A stretch of 64,000 nt of DNA from Balanoglossus misakiensis (Eukaryota; Animalia; Hemichordata), in contig JBECUI020000029.1 of the NCBI GenBank assembly GCA_040954595.2, positions 248,001-312,000 on the forward strand. The letters run 5' to 3'. Made by a program: the position numbers and the translations under genes. Under the pieces are notes generated by a model, which had not been told where the DNA came from, did no database searches, and saw only the letters and a program-made list of their open reading frames with translations. This document shows positions 60,888 through 64,000 of the stretch, piece after piece; the first letter of the stretch is position 1, and each line of letters starts with the position of its first letter.

Positions 60888-63800
60888 AAGTACCTTATAT
60901 TTTCTGTAAAATAGACATTTAATTGGCAAGCCGTCCTGCATCAATTATTAATTGTGTACATGCACTAAAGCGCCCTCACTGCTGGGTGTGTTGTATGGTC
61001 TTTAACCCTGTTTCAAATTAGAGTACTTTCTGCAATTTCAAGACAGATCTTACGTGCCATTGGAGAGCTCCATTGACTGGTCATTCATACTGTTTTCATT
61101 CATTCATTGCGGCATCAATATATTTTATCTATTCTAGCCAAAGAGCTTGGCACCTGTTGAAATGAACTCATCTGCTGTGGGCCAGTTTATTGGTGGCAGT
61201 TGAGCTGAGGAGAGCACCTTCCTTCCCGGCACGCCACCAAGTAAAGTTCCACGCCGCCCACCACAGATGCCAGCATTCATTCATGCGAGTGAGTGTAATT
61301 GCAAATTTGCCTATTCTAGATCTGTAATGGAAATGGAGAAAGTACCTTATATTTTCTGTAAAATAGACATTTAATTGGCAAGCCGTCCTGCATCAATTAT
61401 TAATTGTGTACATGCACTAAAGCGCCCTCACTGCTGGGTGTGTTGTATGGTCTTTAACCCTGTTTCAAATTAGAGTACTTTCTGCAATTTCAAGACAGAT
61501 CTTACGTGCCATTGGAGAGCTCCATTGACTGGTCATTCATACTGTTTTCATTCATTCATTGCGGCATCAATATATTTTATCTATTCTAGCCAAAGAGCTT
61601 GGCACCTGTTGAAATGAACTCATCTGCTGTGGGCCAGTTTATTGGTGGCAGTTGAGCTGAGGAGAGCACCTTCCTTCCCGGCACGCCACCAAGTAAAGTT
61701 CCACGCCGCCCACCACAGATGCCAGCATTCATTCATGCGAGTGAGTGTAATTGCAAATTTGCCTATTCTAGATCTGTAATGGAAATGGAGAAAGTACCTT
61801 ATATTTTCTGTAAAATAGACATTTAATTGGCAAGCCGTCCTGCATCAATTATTAATTGTGTACATGCACTAAAGCGCCCTCACTGCTGGGTGTGTTGTAT
61901 GGTCTTTAACCCTGTTTCAAATTAGAGTACTTTCTGCAATTTCAAGACAGATCTTACGTGCCATTGGAGAGCTCCATTGACTGGTCATTCATACTGTTTT
62001 CATTCATTCATTGCGGCATCAATATATTTTATCTATTCTAGCCAAAGAGCTTGGCACCTGTTGAAATGAACTCATCTGCTGTGGGCCAGTTTATTGGTGG
62101 CAGTTGAGCTGAGGAGAGCACCTTCCTTCCCGGCACGCCACCAAGTAAAGTTCCACGCCGCCCACCACAGATGCCAGCATTCATTCATGCGAGTGAGTGT
62201 AATTGCAAATTTGCCTATTCTAGATCTGTAATGGAAATGGAGAAAGTACCTTATATTTTCTGTAAAATAGACATTTAATTGGCAAGCCGTCCTGCATCAA
62301 TTATTAATTGTGTACATGCACTAAAGCGCCCTCACTGCTGGGTGTGTTGTATGGTCTTTAACCCTGTTTCAAATTAGAGTACTTTCTGCAATTTCAAGAC
62401 AGATCTTACGTGCCATTGGAGAGCTCCATTGACTGGTCATTCATACTGTTTTCATTCATTCATTGCGGCATCAATATATTTTATCTATTCTAGCCAAAGA
62501 GCTTGGCACCTGTTGAAATGAACTCATCTGCTGTGGGCCAGTTTATTGGTGGCAGTTGAGCTGAGGAGAGCACCTTCCTTCCCGGCACGCCACCAAGTAA
62601 AGTTCCACGCCGCCCACCACAGATGCCAGCATTCATTCATGCGAGTGAGTGTAATTGCAAATTTGCCTATTCTAGATCTGTAATGGAAATGGAGAAAGTA
62701 CCTTATATTTTCTGTAAAATAGACATTTAATTGGCAAGCCGTCCTGCATCAATTATTAATTGTGTACATGCACTAAAGCGCCCTCACTGCTGGGTGTGTT
62801 GTATGGTCTTTAACCCTGTTTCAAATTAGAGTACTTTCTGCAATTTCAAGACAGATCTTACGTGCCATTGGAGAGCTCCATTGACTGGTCATTCATACTG
62901 TTTTCATTCATTCATTGCGGCATCAATATATTTTATCTATTCTAGCCAAAGAGCTTGGCACCTGTTGAAATGAACTCATCTGCTGTGGGCCAGTTTATTG
63001 GTGGCAGTTGAGCTGAGGAGAGCACCTTCCTTCCCGGCACGCCACCAAGTAAAGTTCCACGCCGCCCACCACAGATGCCAGCATTCATTCATGCGAGTGA
63101 GTGTAATTGCAAATTTGCCTATTCTAGATCTGTAATGGAAATGGAGAAAGTACCTTATATTTTCTGTAAAATAGACATTTAATTGGCAAGCCGTCCTGCA
63201 TCAATTATTAATTGTGTACATGCACTAAAGCGCCCTCACTGCTGGGTGTGTTGTATGGTCTTTAACCCTGTTTCAAATTAGAGTACTTTCTGCAATTTCA
63301 AGACAGATCTTACGTGCCATTGGAGAGCTCCATTGACTGGTCATTCATACTGTTTTCATTCATTCATTGCGGCATCAATATATTTTATCTATTCTAGCCA
63401 AAGAGCTTGGCACCTGTTGAAATGAACTCATCTGCTGTGGGCCAGTTTATTGGTGGCAGTTGAGCTGAGGAGAGCACCTTCTTTCCCGGCACGCCACCAA
63501 GTAAAGTTCCACGCCGCCCACCACAGATGCCAGCATTCATTCATGCGAGTGAGTGTAATTGCAAATTTGCCTATTTACGTGCCATTGGAGAGCTCCATTG
63601 ACTGGTCATTCATACTGTTTTCATTCATTCATTGCGGCATCAATATATTTTATCTATTCTAGCCAAAGAGCTTGGCACCTGTTGAAATGAACTCATCTGC
63701 TGTGGGCCAGTTTATTGGTGGCAGTTGAGCTGAGGAGAGCACCTTCCTTCCCGGCACGCCACCAAGTAAAGTTCCACGCCGCCCACCACAGATGCCAGCA

Positions 63801-64000
63801 TTCATTCATGCGAGTGAGTGTAATTGCAAATTTGCCTATTCTAGATCTGTAATGGAAATGGAGAAAGTACCTTATATTTTCTGTAAAATAGACATTTAAT
63901 TGGCAAGCCGTCCTGCATCAATTATTAATTGTGTACATGCACTAAAGCGCCCTCACTGCTGGGTGTGTTGTATGGTCTTTAACCCTGTTTCAAATTAGAG
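60888..64000 (+). repeat. Satellite array 3 (runs off the window)
   Basis: 452-bp monomers plus one 265-bp variant near 63400-63660. Confidence 0.97.

Noticed and set aside
11239-63662. Repeated 70-73-aa ORFs 'MVAVELRRAPSF...' and the 63-aa minus-strand ORFs in the satellite
   Set aside because: They start at non-ATG codons, exist only in short monomers, cross the predicted splice donor and show no recognisable domain; by-products of the repeat.

Overview
Eukaryotic (probably animal) DNA made entirely of a nested tandem macro-repeat. A ~8.2-kb gene block occurs three times in the same orientation (1-7949, 32201-40358, 52730-60887), nearly identical. The copies are separated by variable-length arrays (about 24 kb, about 12 kb, and >3 kb running off the window) of a 452/274-bp satellite. 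Each block carries: (i) a Sola1-like DDD transposase split into two intact head-to-head ORFs, with the N-terminal Zn/DNA-binding half on - and the catalytic half on +; (ii) a 4-exon gene, missed by the ORF track, encoding a winged-helix domain fused to a PR-Set7/SETD8-like SET methyltransferase; (iii) an I-PpoI-type His-Cys box (His-Me finger) endonuclease; (iv) a diverged proto-copy of the satellite monomer and a decayed CR1/L2 LINE 3' fragment. Each satellite monomer looks like an exon with splice acceptor and donor. Long monomers contain a 175-bp TGT..ACA inverted-repeat element with a GATC duplication; short monomers lack it and show four different junction scars. Both complete arrays end in a 424-bp TA-flanked foldback MITE. 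I read the whole as a candidate undescribed selfish macro-satellite/transposon system. Family assignments come from motif recognition only; no searches were run and no element termini were found.
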